Of a stretch of 64,000 bases of DNA, positions 55,783-64,000 are shown one piece after another. Under the pieces are notes generated by a model, which made no database searches, had not been told where the DNA came from, and saw only the letters and a list, made by a program, of their open reading frames with translations. This DNA is from Gammaproteobacteria bacterium. Lineage in GTDB: Bacteria > Pseudomonadota > Gammaproteobacteria > Nitrosococcales > Methylophagaceae. Position numbers and translations under genes: made by a program. Each line of letters begins with the position of its first letter. Position 1 is the first letter of the stretch. The stretch spans positions 3,182 through 67,181 of the forward strand of contig JAQRMU010000007.1 of assembly GCA_028598975.1 (NCBI GenBank). The letters run 5' to 3'.

Positions 55783-56631
55783 ATGGCACTTACTGCAGAG
55801 GCACTGGTTAATAAGTCACTTGAATTAGTATCACCGCCCACTACGTATACACAGCTCAATGACTTAATGAATGATCCAAATAGCTCGGCTGATGATATCA
55901 GTTCAGTAATTAATACCGATCCTGCTCTGGCAACACGCTTACTTAAAGTGGTGAATAGCCCTTTTTATGGTTTCCCATCACAAATAAATACTATTTCTCG
56001 GGCAATTACCATTATAGGTACACGAGAACTCATCCACTTAGTACTAGCCACATCTGTTATTAATTCATTTAATGGTATCCCTAGCTCTTTAATTAATATT
56101 AATGAGTTTTGGCGTCATAGTCTTGCTTGTGCCATTGCGGCCAAACAACTTGCTATGAAATGTGGTCAACGTGCCGCTGAGCGCTTCTTTCTTGCCGGAC
56201 TATTGCACAATATTGGTAGTTTGGTTATTTATCAATCAATGCCTGAGTTAGCAAGAGAAGCAATTAATGGCGCTAAGTTTGGTAATGAAGTTATTTATTT
56301 ATCTGAACAGCGCATCATTGGCTTTGATCATACTGAAGTTGGCCATGCCTTAGTTAAGGCATGGCGACTACCCTCTTCACTAGAAGAAGTAGTCCGCCAT
56401 CACCACACGCCAACAGAGTCTGAGGAGTTCAGCCTTGAAGTAGCGATTGTGCATATTGCAGACATTATGGTCAGTTCAGCTCAACTGGGTCATAGTGGCG
56501 ATCATCATATTCCACCACTAGATCCTAAAGCTTGGGAGCTATTGGGTTTAGCACCCGAAGTCTTACCCGAAATATTACAACACGTAACAACACAACTGGA
56601 TGATCTAACATCAGTAATGATGTCATCTTAA
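55783..56631 (+). CDS. HDOD domain signalling protein
   Basis: LPSLPTV-like region replaced by ELVSPPTTYTQLNDLMNDPNSSADDISSVINTDPALATRLLKVVNSPFYG, with a HHH..ESE HD-like region. Confidence 0.8.
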   Translation: MALTAEALVNKSLELVSPPTTYTQLNDLMNDPNSSADDISSVINTDPALATRLLKVVNSPFYGFPSQINTISRAITIIGTRELIHLVLATSVINSFNGIPSSLININEFWRHSLACAIAAKQLAMKCGQRAAERFFLAGLLHNIGSLVIYQSMPELAREAINGAKFGNEVIYLSEQRIIGFDHTEVGHALVKAWRLPSSLEEVVRHHHTPTESEEFSLEVAIVHIADIMVSSAQLGHSGDHHIPPLDPKAWELLGLAPEVLPEILQHVTTQLDDLTSVMMSS

Positions 56632-56664
56632 AATCATCCTATCCAAAACGAAAAGAGGCATTCA

Positions 56665-57312
56665 ATGAGAACAGTATTATTAGGCGCGCCAGGTTCAGGT
56701 AAAGGAACACAAGGCGTTGTATTATCAAAAAAATATGACATTCCTCAAATCTCAACTGGAGATTTATTAAGAGCCGCAGTAAGTGCTGGTTCTGACTTGG
56801 GAAAACAAGCTAAATCAGCAATGGATGCAGGTGCATTAGTCTCTGATGAGATTGTCATTGGCTTAATTCGCGAACGTATTTCTCATGATGATGCTAAAAA
56901 TGGATATATTTTAGATGGTTTCCCTCGTAACATTCCTCAAGCCGAAGCCCTCGATGCGATGCTTACTGAGCTCAACCAGCCTTTACAAGGTGTCGTTTTA
57001 CTTGATGTCGCATTTGAAGAGTTATTACAGCGTTTAACAGGTCGTCGTACTTGTAAAGACTGTGGTGCTATCTACAATATTCACCTCTCACCTTCTAAAA
57101 TTGAAGATCATTGTGATGCCTGTAATGGTCCACTATTCCAACGTGCTGATGATAATGAAGAAACAATTGGTAACCGTCTAAATGTTTATCAAGAACAAAC
57201 AGCGCCATTGGTAAGCTATTACCAAGCTCAAAATAAATTACACAGTATTGCTGGTGTAGGTAATGTGAATGATATAACAGCTCAAGTAAGTGCTGTTTTT
57301 GACTCAATTTAA
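56665..57312 (+). CDS. adk: Adenylate kinase
   Basis: LLGAPGSGKGTQ P-loop and a LID with a CxxC...CxxC-like segment (CKDCG...CDAC). 215 aa. Confidence 0.96.
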   Translation: MRTVLLGAPGSGKGTQGVVLSKKYDIPQISTGDLLRAAVSAGSDLGKQAKSAMDAGALVSDEIVIGLIRERISHDDAKNGYILDGFPRNIPQAEALDAMLTELNQPLQGVVLLDVAFEELLQRLTGRRTCKDCGAIYNIHLSPSKIEDHCDACNGPLFQRADDNEETIGNRLNVYQEQTAPLVSYYQAQNKLHSIAGVGNVNDITAQVSAVFDSI

Positions 57313-57334
57313 AGAACCTACTTAAAACCATTTT

Positions 57335-57361
57335 GTTTCCTCGCTGAATTAGCGAGGAAAC
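57335..57361 (+). other. Stable hairpin after adk without a U-tract
   Basis: GTTTCCTCGCT-gaatt-AGCGAGGAAAC, an 11-bp perfect stem followed by aatgaatac. Function (terminator or stabiliser) unclear. Confidence 0.5.
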
Positions 57362-57373
57362 AATGAATACTTT

Positions 57374-58252
57374 ATGGCAAATATTCTCGCAATTGGCATT
57401 GCTACACTCGACATTATTAATGTTGTTGAGTCATACCCTACGGAAGACTCTGAACTCCGCGCGCTCTCACAACAGCAACTACGTGGTGGTAATGCAACCA
57501 ATACTCTTACCGTACTGAGTCAGCTAGGCCATGATTGTTCTTGGGGAGGAGTATTGATTGATGAACCTGATAGCCAAATCATCAAACACGATCTTGCCAA
57601 CTCAGGTATTGATATATCCTCCTGTAAACAATTAGCATCTGGAAAAATGCCCACCTCATATATTACTCTGAGCAAAAAAACGGGGAGCCGTAGTATTATT
57701 CACCATAGAGACTGCCCTGAATTTAGCTTCTCAGACTTCAAAAAAATAAAGTTAGATGATTTTGGCTGGGTACATTTTGAAGGCCGCAATATTGCTGAAA
57801 CGCAGCTCATGCTTCAGCACTTAAAACAGCATTATCCTAATTTACCTTGCTCGCTTGAAATTGAAAAGCCACGAGCAGATATTGAGCAATTATTTGAGTT
57901 TCCTGATGTACTCCTATTTTCCCAGCACTATGCTGAATATCGTGGTTTTAGCACTGCGTCTGATTTCTTAACCTCGTTAGATCATGACAAACTGATCGTA
58001 TGTGCTTGGGGCAAGCATGGGGCATGGGCAATAAGTCCAGATAAAAACATAATCCATAGTACTCCATTCCCCCCTGCTCAACTCATTGATACACTTGGGG
58101 CAGGTGATACCTTTAATGCAGGTTTAATCCATAGTCTTGTCGCCAATATTGAACCTCAGAAAGCCTTAAAGAATGCCTGCCAACTCGCAGGTCATAAATG
58201 TGGTCAATATGGTTTTGCAAACCTCACTACTCATTTCGAATTTCAAAGTTAA
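57374..58252 (+). CDS. PfkB-family sugar kinase, ketohexokinase-like
   Basis: GIATLDIIN..., GGNATN and GAGDTFNAG motifs. 292 aa. Confidence 0.8.
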   Translation: MANILAIGIATLDIINVVESYPTEDSELRALSQQQLRGGNATNTLTVLSQLGHDCSWGGVLIDEPDSQIIKHDLANSGIDISSCKQLASGKMPTSYITLSKKTGSRSIIHHRDCPEFSFSDFKKIKLDDFGWVHFEGRNIAETQLMLQHLKQHYPNLPCSLEIEKPRADIEQLFEFPDVLLFSQHYAEYRGFSTASDFLTSLDHDKLIVCAWGKHGAWAISPDKNIIHSTPFPPAQLIDTLGAGDTFNAGLIHSLVANIEPQKALKNACQLAGHKCGQYGFANLTTHFEFQS

Positions 58253-58257
58253 TTATT

Positions 58258-58593
58258 ATGTCTTGGTATTTTTTGTGTAAAGAACATGAGCTTCCTACAA
58301 ATACAACAAAGAGTTTTAGCATCAACCTTGATGAAAAAGAGCTTGAGTTACTTGTGCTAAGCCAAAAGGATAAAATCTATGCCTACCAAAATAACTGTCC
58401 GCACCTTGGCATCCCTTTAAATTGGCAGCCTGATCAATTTTTATCCTTAGAAGAAACCCATATTCAGTGTTCAACCCATGGTGCATTATTTACTTTTGAA
58501 GAAGGGTTCTGTGTTGCCGGTCCTTGTAGTGGACAATCCTTATTAAGCTTAACGCTTGAACAACGTAATGATGAGATATGGCTACAATATTAA
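58258..58593 (+). CDS. Small Rieske [2Fe-2S] protein
   Basis: CPHLG ... CSTHG Rieske ligand motifs. Start set at MSWYF, 5 nt after the kinase stop. Confidence 0.82.
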   Translation: MSWYFLCKEHELPTNTTKSFSINLDEKELELLVLSQKDKIYAYQNNCPHLGIPLNWQPDQFLSLEETHIQCSTHGALFTFEEGFCVAGPCSGQSLLSLTLEQRNDEIWLQY

Positions 58594-59565
58594 TTATTGG
58601 TATATACTCGCAACGATATTTTTACTTACTCAAGAAATGGGATGGAACAACACCTAAATGGATATAAGAAAACGCATTCGTATTGGTGATCAGGGTTTAA
58701 CTATTTTGGGCAAACATTCAGTTATGACAGCAAACCACAACTAACGGTTACTGCCTATAATGGGTTAAGTCCCAAAGCCATTACTCAAAACTATACGGGT
58801 AATTATGCAAAATTAGTGTTCAGTGATTTCGACATTAACACACCGACAACAGATGAAAACAAACTAGGGGTGGACAATATCAATAAGGTCAATATCAACT
58901 GGACTCCTGTGGCCCCAACCTTAAATGACAATAATAATGGTAGTCTGACACTGGAGTTTGGCGATGATACATTCAAATACCTCCAACAAACTAATTCTTT
59001 AGTCGCACCCTTTACCAATGCTGTTGAATTCAGGTTCACCGACATTACTGATTCTGATAGTGTGTCAAGCAGTAACTTGCCTCAATCATTGACGCCATCA
59101 GGAGCAATAATGCGTTTTGGCCGGCTCACTATTGCCAACAGTCATGGTTCGGAACTCGCTCCGCTTACTGTGCCAGTCACAACTGAATATTTTAATGGCA
59201 CTAACTGGTCATTAAATAACTTGGATAACTGCACAAGCTTAAATTTAGTCAGCAATATCAGTCTTAGCAACCCTGCTTCAGGTAACAATAATCCAGGTAA
59301 TACTGCCATGGTTATTGAAACGGGTAGCAGTACAGGAAGCTTTGTAAACCTACCCTTTTCAACTGGTCAAGGTAACCTTCTTTTCACTGCACCGGGAGAG
59401 GATAATCAGGGCTATATTGATATCAAAGGTGCTTTAATGGATTTTGAATGGTTACAATTCGACTGGAACAGTGATGGTAGCTTTAATGAGGAGCCTTCAG
59501 GTCGTGCAAGTTTTGGATTATTCTTAGGTAATGAAAAATTAATATTCAGACGTGAAGTGTATTAG
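58594..59565 (+). pseudogene. 3'-terminal remnant of an MshQ/DUF6701-like gene
   Basis: The frame is open from directly after the Rieske stop, with an in-frame TGA at 58687-58689. There is no plausible start, SD or signal peptide. Translation gives SGFNYFGQTFSYDSKPQLTVTAYNGLSPKAITQNYTGNY ... GRASFGLFLGNEKLIFRREVY, which resembles the C-terminus of >1000-aa MshQ proteins (from memory). Confidence 0.5.
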
Positions 59566-59569
59566 GGTT

Positions 59570-61651
59570 TTAAGTACACAAGTCAGAAACAGCATCACGT
59601 AAAGCCTTTGTTAGCTGTGACTTACCTGTATATTCAGATTGTTTTAAAACACCTGTCCAGTCTCGCTGCTGTAAAACAATCATTACACACAGCTGTTGCT
59701 GTTCATTGCTCAACAATAAAAAGTCTACTGTTCTTATGCTACTGGAGATAAATTTACACAACGCTATTTGACTAAACTCATAGCCCCTACTCCCATCGGA
59801 AAAGGCTTGAATTTCTTGTTCATCCCATTGTGAAAGCTTGCCATCATATTCTGGAAATAGCTGAGATAATTGAATAACTAGATCAGCATCTAAATACTTA
59901 AACTGACTGTGTAAAAGTTGAGGCCAATGTTGTTGAAAACGGTTAATAGAATCATCAACTAATCTTTGCCCCGCCTGAGACCTCGCTTTCAACATCATAA
60001 TAGCGTGACTACCACTCACATCATCTTTATGAATGCCTAACCTTACAGCTGAAAAGCCTGATTGTGCCCAAAAGTTAATAACATCATCGCTTGCGGCAAA
60101 GCTAGATCCTAAAATGTCACTGTCTACATGTGCATCAATCTTTTTAAGCAAAACTTTAGCAATACCTCGCTGCTGTACAATAGGATGTGTTGCAATACGA
60201 ATAATACGTTGATAACTTAGTCCTCCAGCATTTGCTATTCCTGCATGAGCTAATAATGACTGAGGTAATAAATGACCTTTTAAACGTCTCTGGCCCGAAA
60301 AGATGGCAGATGATAACTCTTCATCTAACAGCCCTTCTTTCACTAGCCATGCGCTTGCCACAATATGACCTTTATAACGCATCACATAGACTGTCACATC
60401 ATCACGATCTAACATCATCTGCAAGTCAGAAGGCCGAGTGCGATAATGGGCTAGCACCATCAAACCAAACAGTTCTTGAAGATCTTGTTCATTATTGATA
60501 AGTGCTTGCCTATCTACATATTCAAAATGACATTGTTCAATTTGAGCATCACTAATCAACTTATCGTTAACAGGCGTAGCATTTAATAATAAAGACTCAA
60601 AACTGAATGCTTCCAAACTATCATTTTCAGACCACCGTATAGGTATTTTCATTCGATAGTGATGCCAATTAGGCGTTTGTTCATCAAGTGTTTTCTGAAA
60701 ACGAACAGTAAAACCTTGTCCCGTACCTTCATAGCCATGCAACGTTGTTGAGAAGACAACTCTAGAATACTTTTGTAATAGTTTTTCTAACATTGAAGCA
60801 GGTATTGCTGCCGCTTCATCTACCAGCAACAGATCTGCTTTATGATCTGATTCAATTAACGCATCTGGTGCTACAAACCGTATCTCAGCATTATTCACTG
60901 AGATCAGCCCTGAGGAGGTATCGGCATTCGGTAATAAGCGTTGAGCATGTTCAAAAACCGTATTAGCAGTTGCCAAGCTTGGAGCTGTAACTAAAATTTG
61001 TTGCTTGCCCTCAAGTAATAACTGAGCGGCTGCAATACCTAAAGAAGCAGATTTACCTCGCCCACGATCTGCAGACAAAACTAGAGGTCGCCGTCTATGA
61101 CCATGAACCACCTTTAAGATGGCTGCTACAGCATTTTGCTGATCATCCGTCAGAAAATCAATGAAATCAATGGGGTCAGACTCGATTGATTTAAATCCTT
61201 GCTTGCTTTCTGACCCAGCCCCATGAATCAATCGAGTCCGACCCCATTGATTCGTTGGCAGTTTTGTGATTGTTTGACCTTGTTGAACAACAGTAAAATG
61301 TTTGTGCTGCTGTTCAAACTCTGTGATTACACGCATAAAACGCTGCATGCTAAGGCTAGTAGGCTTATTTAAAGCTAACCATATAATGATGGCCCCGCCT
61401 TGTTTTACTGTGCCGACAATGGCTCCAAAGCTATCAGGATTAAACTCATCTAATGCATCAAAAATGACAGCATCAAATTCTTTACCTAGATGTCGTTGAG
61501 CTTGTTTTTGGGGAAGTGTTAAAACATTGTGACTTTGATTAGATAAGGCGAGAAGATTGTCATTATCAAAATCTTCCAGCAGAATCTGTGATGAACTTTG
61601 GCACCACTTTGCATCACCTTCTAGAATTATGCACTGTCGTTGCTGCATCAT
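59570..61651 (-). CDS. tmcA: tRNA(Met) cytidine acetyltransferase
   Basis: 693 aa. DUF1726-like N-terminus, helicase P-loop ADRGRGKSA, LLVDEAAAIP, HGYEGTGQGF, and a GNAT domain with Q/RxxGxA (QQRGIA). Confidence 0.9.
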   Translation of the reverse strand: MMQQRQCIILEGDAKWCQSSSQILLEDFDNDNLLALSNQSHNVLTLPQKQAQRHLGKEFDAVIFDALDEFNPDSFGAIVGTVKQGGAIIIWLALNKPTSLSMQRFMRVITEFEQQHKHFTVVQQGQTITKLPTNQWGRTRLIHGAGSESKQGFKSIESDPIDFIDFLTDDQQNAVAAILKVVHGHRRRPLVLSADRGRGKSASLGIAAAQLLLEGKQQILVTAPSLATANTVFEHAQRLLPNADTSSGLISVNNAEIRFVAPDALIESDHKADLLLVDEAAAIPASMLEKLLQKYSRVVFSTTLHGYEGTGQGFTVRFQKTLDEQTPNWHHYRMKIPIRWSENDSLEAFSFESLLLNATPVNDKLISDAQIEQCHFEYVDRQALINNEQDLQELFGLMVLAHYRTRPSDLQMMLDRDDVTVYVMRYKGHIVASAWLVKEGLLDEELSSAIFSGQRRLKGHLLPQSLLAHAGIANAGGLSYQRIIRIATHPIVQQRGIAKVLLKKIDAHVDSDILGSSFAASDDVINFWAQSGFSAVRLGIHKDDVSGSHAIMMLKARSQAGQRLVDDSINRFQQHWPQLLHSQFKYLDADLVIQLSQLFPEYDGKLSQWDEQEIQAFSDGSRGYEFSQIALCKFISSSIRTVDFLLLSNEQQQLCVMIVLQQRDWTGVLKQSEYTGKSQLTKALRDAVSDLCT

Positions 61652-61655
61652 TTAT

Positions 61656-61733
61656 CACCACAGAGCCACAGAGTTCACGGAGATTTTTTGTATCCATTTC
61701 ATAATTCTCTGTGTTCTCCGTGTCTCTGTGGTG
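61656..61733 (-). repeat. 78-bp imperfect palindrome built from CACAGAG/CACGGAG heptads
   Basis: 28-nt arms CACCACAGAGCCACAGAGTTCACGGAGA and TCTCTGTGTTCTCCGTGTCTCTGTGGTG. 23 Watson-Crick pairs plus 1 G-T of 28. 22-nt AT-rich loop. It ends 4 nt before the tmcA ATG. Confidence 0.8.
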
Positions 61734-61747
61734 AAATTAAATCTAGG

Positions 61748-61963
61748 TTAATAATGCGGTGGCAACTCATGCTGCTGACCTGCTTCTTGCGTTGCAGTTT
61801 GCATGGTATTCACTTGCACTTTCATCGTTTCCAGGGCCAACTCTAAATTGGTTATTTGTTGCTGTTGATTGGTGACAACTTGATTAAGTTGTTCTAATAA
61901 ATCTTCCTGAAACGCGAGCTTCATTTGTAAGTCATCTATCGCATTTTGCATATTTTCAGCCAT
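61748..61963 (-). CDS. slyX: SlyX family protein
   Basis: 71-aa coiled coil (LQMKLAFQEDLLEQLNQVV). Its ATG overlaps the metH stop (TAATG). Confidence 0.85.
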   Translation of the reverse strand: MAENMQNAIDDLQMKLAFQEDLLEQLNQVVTNQQQQITNLELALETMKVQVNTMQTATQEAGQQHELPPHY

Positions 61964-64000
61964 TAATCTTCACCATCATAAGATAAAGCAGGTGCTAACC
62001 AACGTTCTGCAACATCCATTGTCCAAGCTTTACGAGCGGCATAGTCTTCTACTTGGTCACGGTTAATCTTACCCAAACCAAAATAACGAGATTCTGGGTG
62101 AGCGAAATAGAATCCACTTACCGCTGCTGTTGGTAGCATTGCATAGCTTTCAGTAATCGTAATTCCGGCATTCTTTTCAGGTTCTAATAAGTCCCAAAGT
62201 AGACCTTTCTCAGTATGGTCTGGGCATGCAGGATAGCCCGGTGCTGGGCGAATACCTTGGTATTTTTCGTCAATCAGATCTTCATTATCTAAAGATTCAT
62301 TATCTACATAACCCCAAAATTCAGTCCGTACTCGCTCATGCATCCTTTCTGCAAAGGCCTCAGCCAAGCGGTCGGCCAAAGCTTTTAGCATAATGCTCTG
62401 GTAATCGTCATGATCATCTTCAAAGCGATTCACATGTTCATCAATGCCAATCCCAGCAGTGACAGCAAAGCTACCTATATAATCATTTACACCACTGTCT
62501 TTAGGTGCAACAAAGTCTGCTAATGCCGCATTAGGTCGACCCGGTGGACGTTCACCTTGTTGACGTAAGCTGTGCAATGTCATTCGTACTTCACTACGAT
62601 TATCATCGGTATAGACTTCAATATCATCGTCACTGATACTATTCGCTGGGAATAAGCCCATAACAGCACGTGCTGTTAGCCATTTTTCATCAACAATTTT
62701 AGTCAACATCGATTTAGCATCACGGAATAAATGCGTGGCATGTTCACCCACGACCTCATCTTCTAAGATGCGTGGGTATTTTCCCGCCAGTTCCCATGCT
62801 TGGAAGAAAGGTGTCCAGTCGATACGATCCACTAATTCTGCTAAGGGATAATCATCAAATGTTTGCACACCTAATTTTTTAGGTACTGTTGGCGTGTATT
62901 CTGACCAATCAATTTTTGTTTTATTAGCACGTGCATCGGCAATATTAAGTTGGCGGCGTGTACTCTTGCGGCCTTTATGACGAGTACGTTTTTCTTCATA
63001 ATCGGCTTTTATTTTGGCAATAAAATCATCACGCGTATCTGGTGTAATCAAGTTCTGAGCCACCCCCACTGCACGTGAAGCATCTTTCACATAAATACTC
63101 GCTCCGTGATAGTTTTGGTCAATCTTAACGGCTGTATGAATTAATGACGTTGTTGCTCCACCAATCATAACTGGAATGTCGAAGCCTAAACGTTCCATTT
63201 CTTTGGCTACATGTACCATTTCATCAAGCGATGGTGTAATCAATCCTGACAGGCCAATAATATCGACATTTTCTTCTTTAGCTTTTGCCAGAATATCAGC
63301 ACATGACACCATTACACCCATGTCAATAATTTCAAAGTTATTACACTGCAACACGACACCAACGATATTTTTACCAATATCGTGCACATCGCCTTTAACG
63401 GTTGCCATTAAGATCTTGCCATTACTACTATTTTCGTCACCCTCTTCTTTTTCATCTTCAATGAAAGGCATTAAATAGGCTACGGCCTTTTTCATTACCC
63501 GTGCCGATTTAACAACTTGAGGCAGGAACATCTTACCTGCGCCGAACAAATCACCGACAACATTCATTCCGTCCATCAATGCGCCTTCGATCACTTGAAT
63601 AGGTCGTTCGGCATTTTGACGACATAATTCCGTATCTTCGTCGATAAACTCAGTAATACCCTTAACTAAGGCATGTTCCAATCGTTTTTCAACCTCCCAT
63701 GAACGCCATTCAAGATCTTCTTTGACTTCAACCTTTTTACCATCGCCACGGTATTTTTCGGCAATATCCAATAAGCGCTCTGTTGAATCATCACGTCTAT
63801 TTAAGACAACATCTTCAACACGTTCACGTAGCTCTTCAGCCAAATCATCATAGATAGCCAACTGACCGGCATTGACAATCCCCATATCCATACCCGCCTT
63901 AACGGCATGATAGAGAAATACTGCATGAATCGCTTCACGTAAGGGGTTATTACCGCGGAATGAGAATGACACATTACTTACACCACCACTGACCATGGCA
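61963..64000 (-). CDS. metH: Cobalamin-dependent methionine synthase, C-terminal about 680 codons (5' end beyond the window)
   Basis: End of the pterin-binding region, B12-binding DxHxxG ([11 protein letters not shown]) with SGLITPS, and the AdoMet activation domain. The frame is open to the window edge. Confidence 0.95.
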   Translation of the reverse strand, partial: AMVSGGVSNVSFSFRGNNPLREAIHAVFLYHAVKAGMDMGIVNAGQLAIYDDLAEELRERVEDVVLNRRDDSTERLLDIAEKYRGDGKKVEVKEDLEWRSWEVEKRLEHALVKGITEFIDEDTELCRQNAERPIQVIEGALMDGMNVVGDLFGAGKMFLPQVVKSARVMKKAVAYLMPFIEDEKEEGDENSSNGKILMATVKGDVHDIGKNIVGVVLQCNNFEIIDMGVMVSCADILAKAKEENVDIIGLSGLITPSLDEMVHVAKEMERLGFDIPVMIGGATTSLIHTAVKIDQNYHGASIYVKDASRAVGVAQNLITPDTRDDFIAKIKADYEEKRTRHKGRKSTRRQLNIADARANKTKIDWSEYTPTVPKKLGVQTFDDYPLAELVDRIDWTPFFQAWELAGKYPRILEDEVVGEHATHLFRDAKSMLTKIVDEKWLTARAVMGLFPANSISDDDIEVYTDDNRSEVRMTLHSLRQQGERPPGRPNAALADFVAPKDSGVNDYIGSFAVTAGIGIDEHVNRFEDDHDDYQSIMLKALADRLAEAFAERMHERVRTEFWGYVDNESLDNEDLIDEKYQGIRPAPGYPACPDHTEKGLLWDLLEPEKNAGITITESYAMLPTAAVSGFYFAHPESRYFGLGKINRDQVEDYAARKAWTMDVAERWLAPALSYDGED

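Overview
This is a 64-kb window from a visibly AT-rich gammaproteobacterial chromosome. It consists almost entirely of conserved housekeeping genes joined by short or overlapping junctions.

Gene content, left to right:
- modCBA on the minus strand, with modC running off the left edge.
- The complete metY(tRNA-fMet)-rimP-nusA-infB-rbfA-truB-rpsO-pnp block on the minus strand.
- The nitrogen-control block glnA / DUF4124 / ntrB-ntrC, with a recognisable sigma-54 promoter and NtrC palindromes.
- A PP-loop ATPase and TusA-like gene pair.
- tldD, yhdP, rng, maf, rlmH and rsfS.
- Two non-core genes, followed by nadD, proA, holA, lptE and leuS.
- An orphan lipoprotein, a CPA1 antiporter, an FMN glutamate-synthase-like protein, ilvA and rpiA.
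- lolC-lolD, a small secreted repeat protein, DUF2062 and comEC.
- A six-gene overlapping chain: exbB-exbD-msbA-lpxK-ycaR-kdsB.
- rne with a long leader, divergent from rluC, which is followed by HAD, an S49 peptidase, a 49-codon ORF, HDOD, adk, a PfkB kinase and a Rieske protein.
- A truncated MshQ-like remnant, tmcA, slyX and the 3' two-thirds of metH, which runs off the right edge.

I find one tRNA and no rRNA. I also find no CRISPR array, no transposase, integrase or phage genes, and no recognisable defence or toxin-antitoxin module.

I do not see a convincing novel multi-gene system here; the window looks like ordinary core genome. Five items are the least explained:
1. The translationally coupled PP-loop/TusA pair.
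2. A 78-bp heptad-built imperfect palindrome abutting the tmcA start codon.
3. An MshQ-like gene remnant.
4. A 99-codon ORF overlapping the rne stop.
5. Several orphan small, secreted or membrane proteins.

All functional calls rest on motif recognition and remembered family features, not on database searches.
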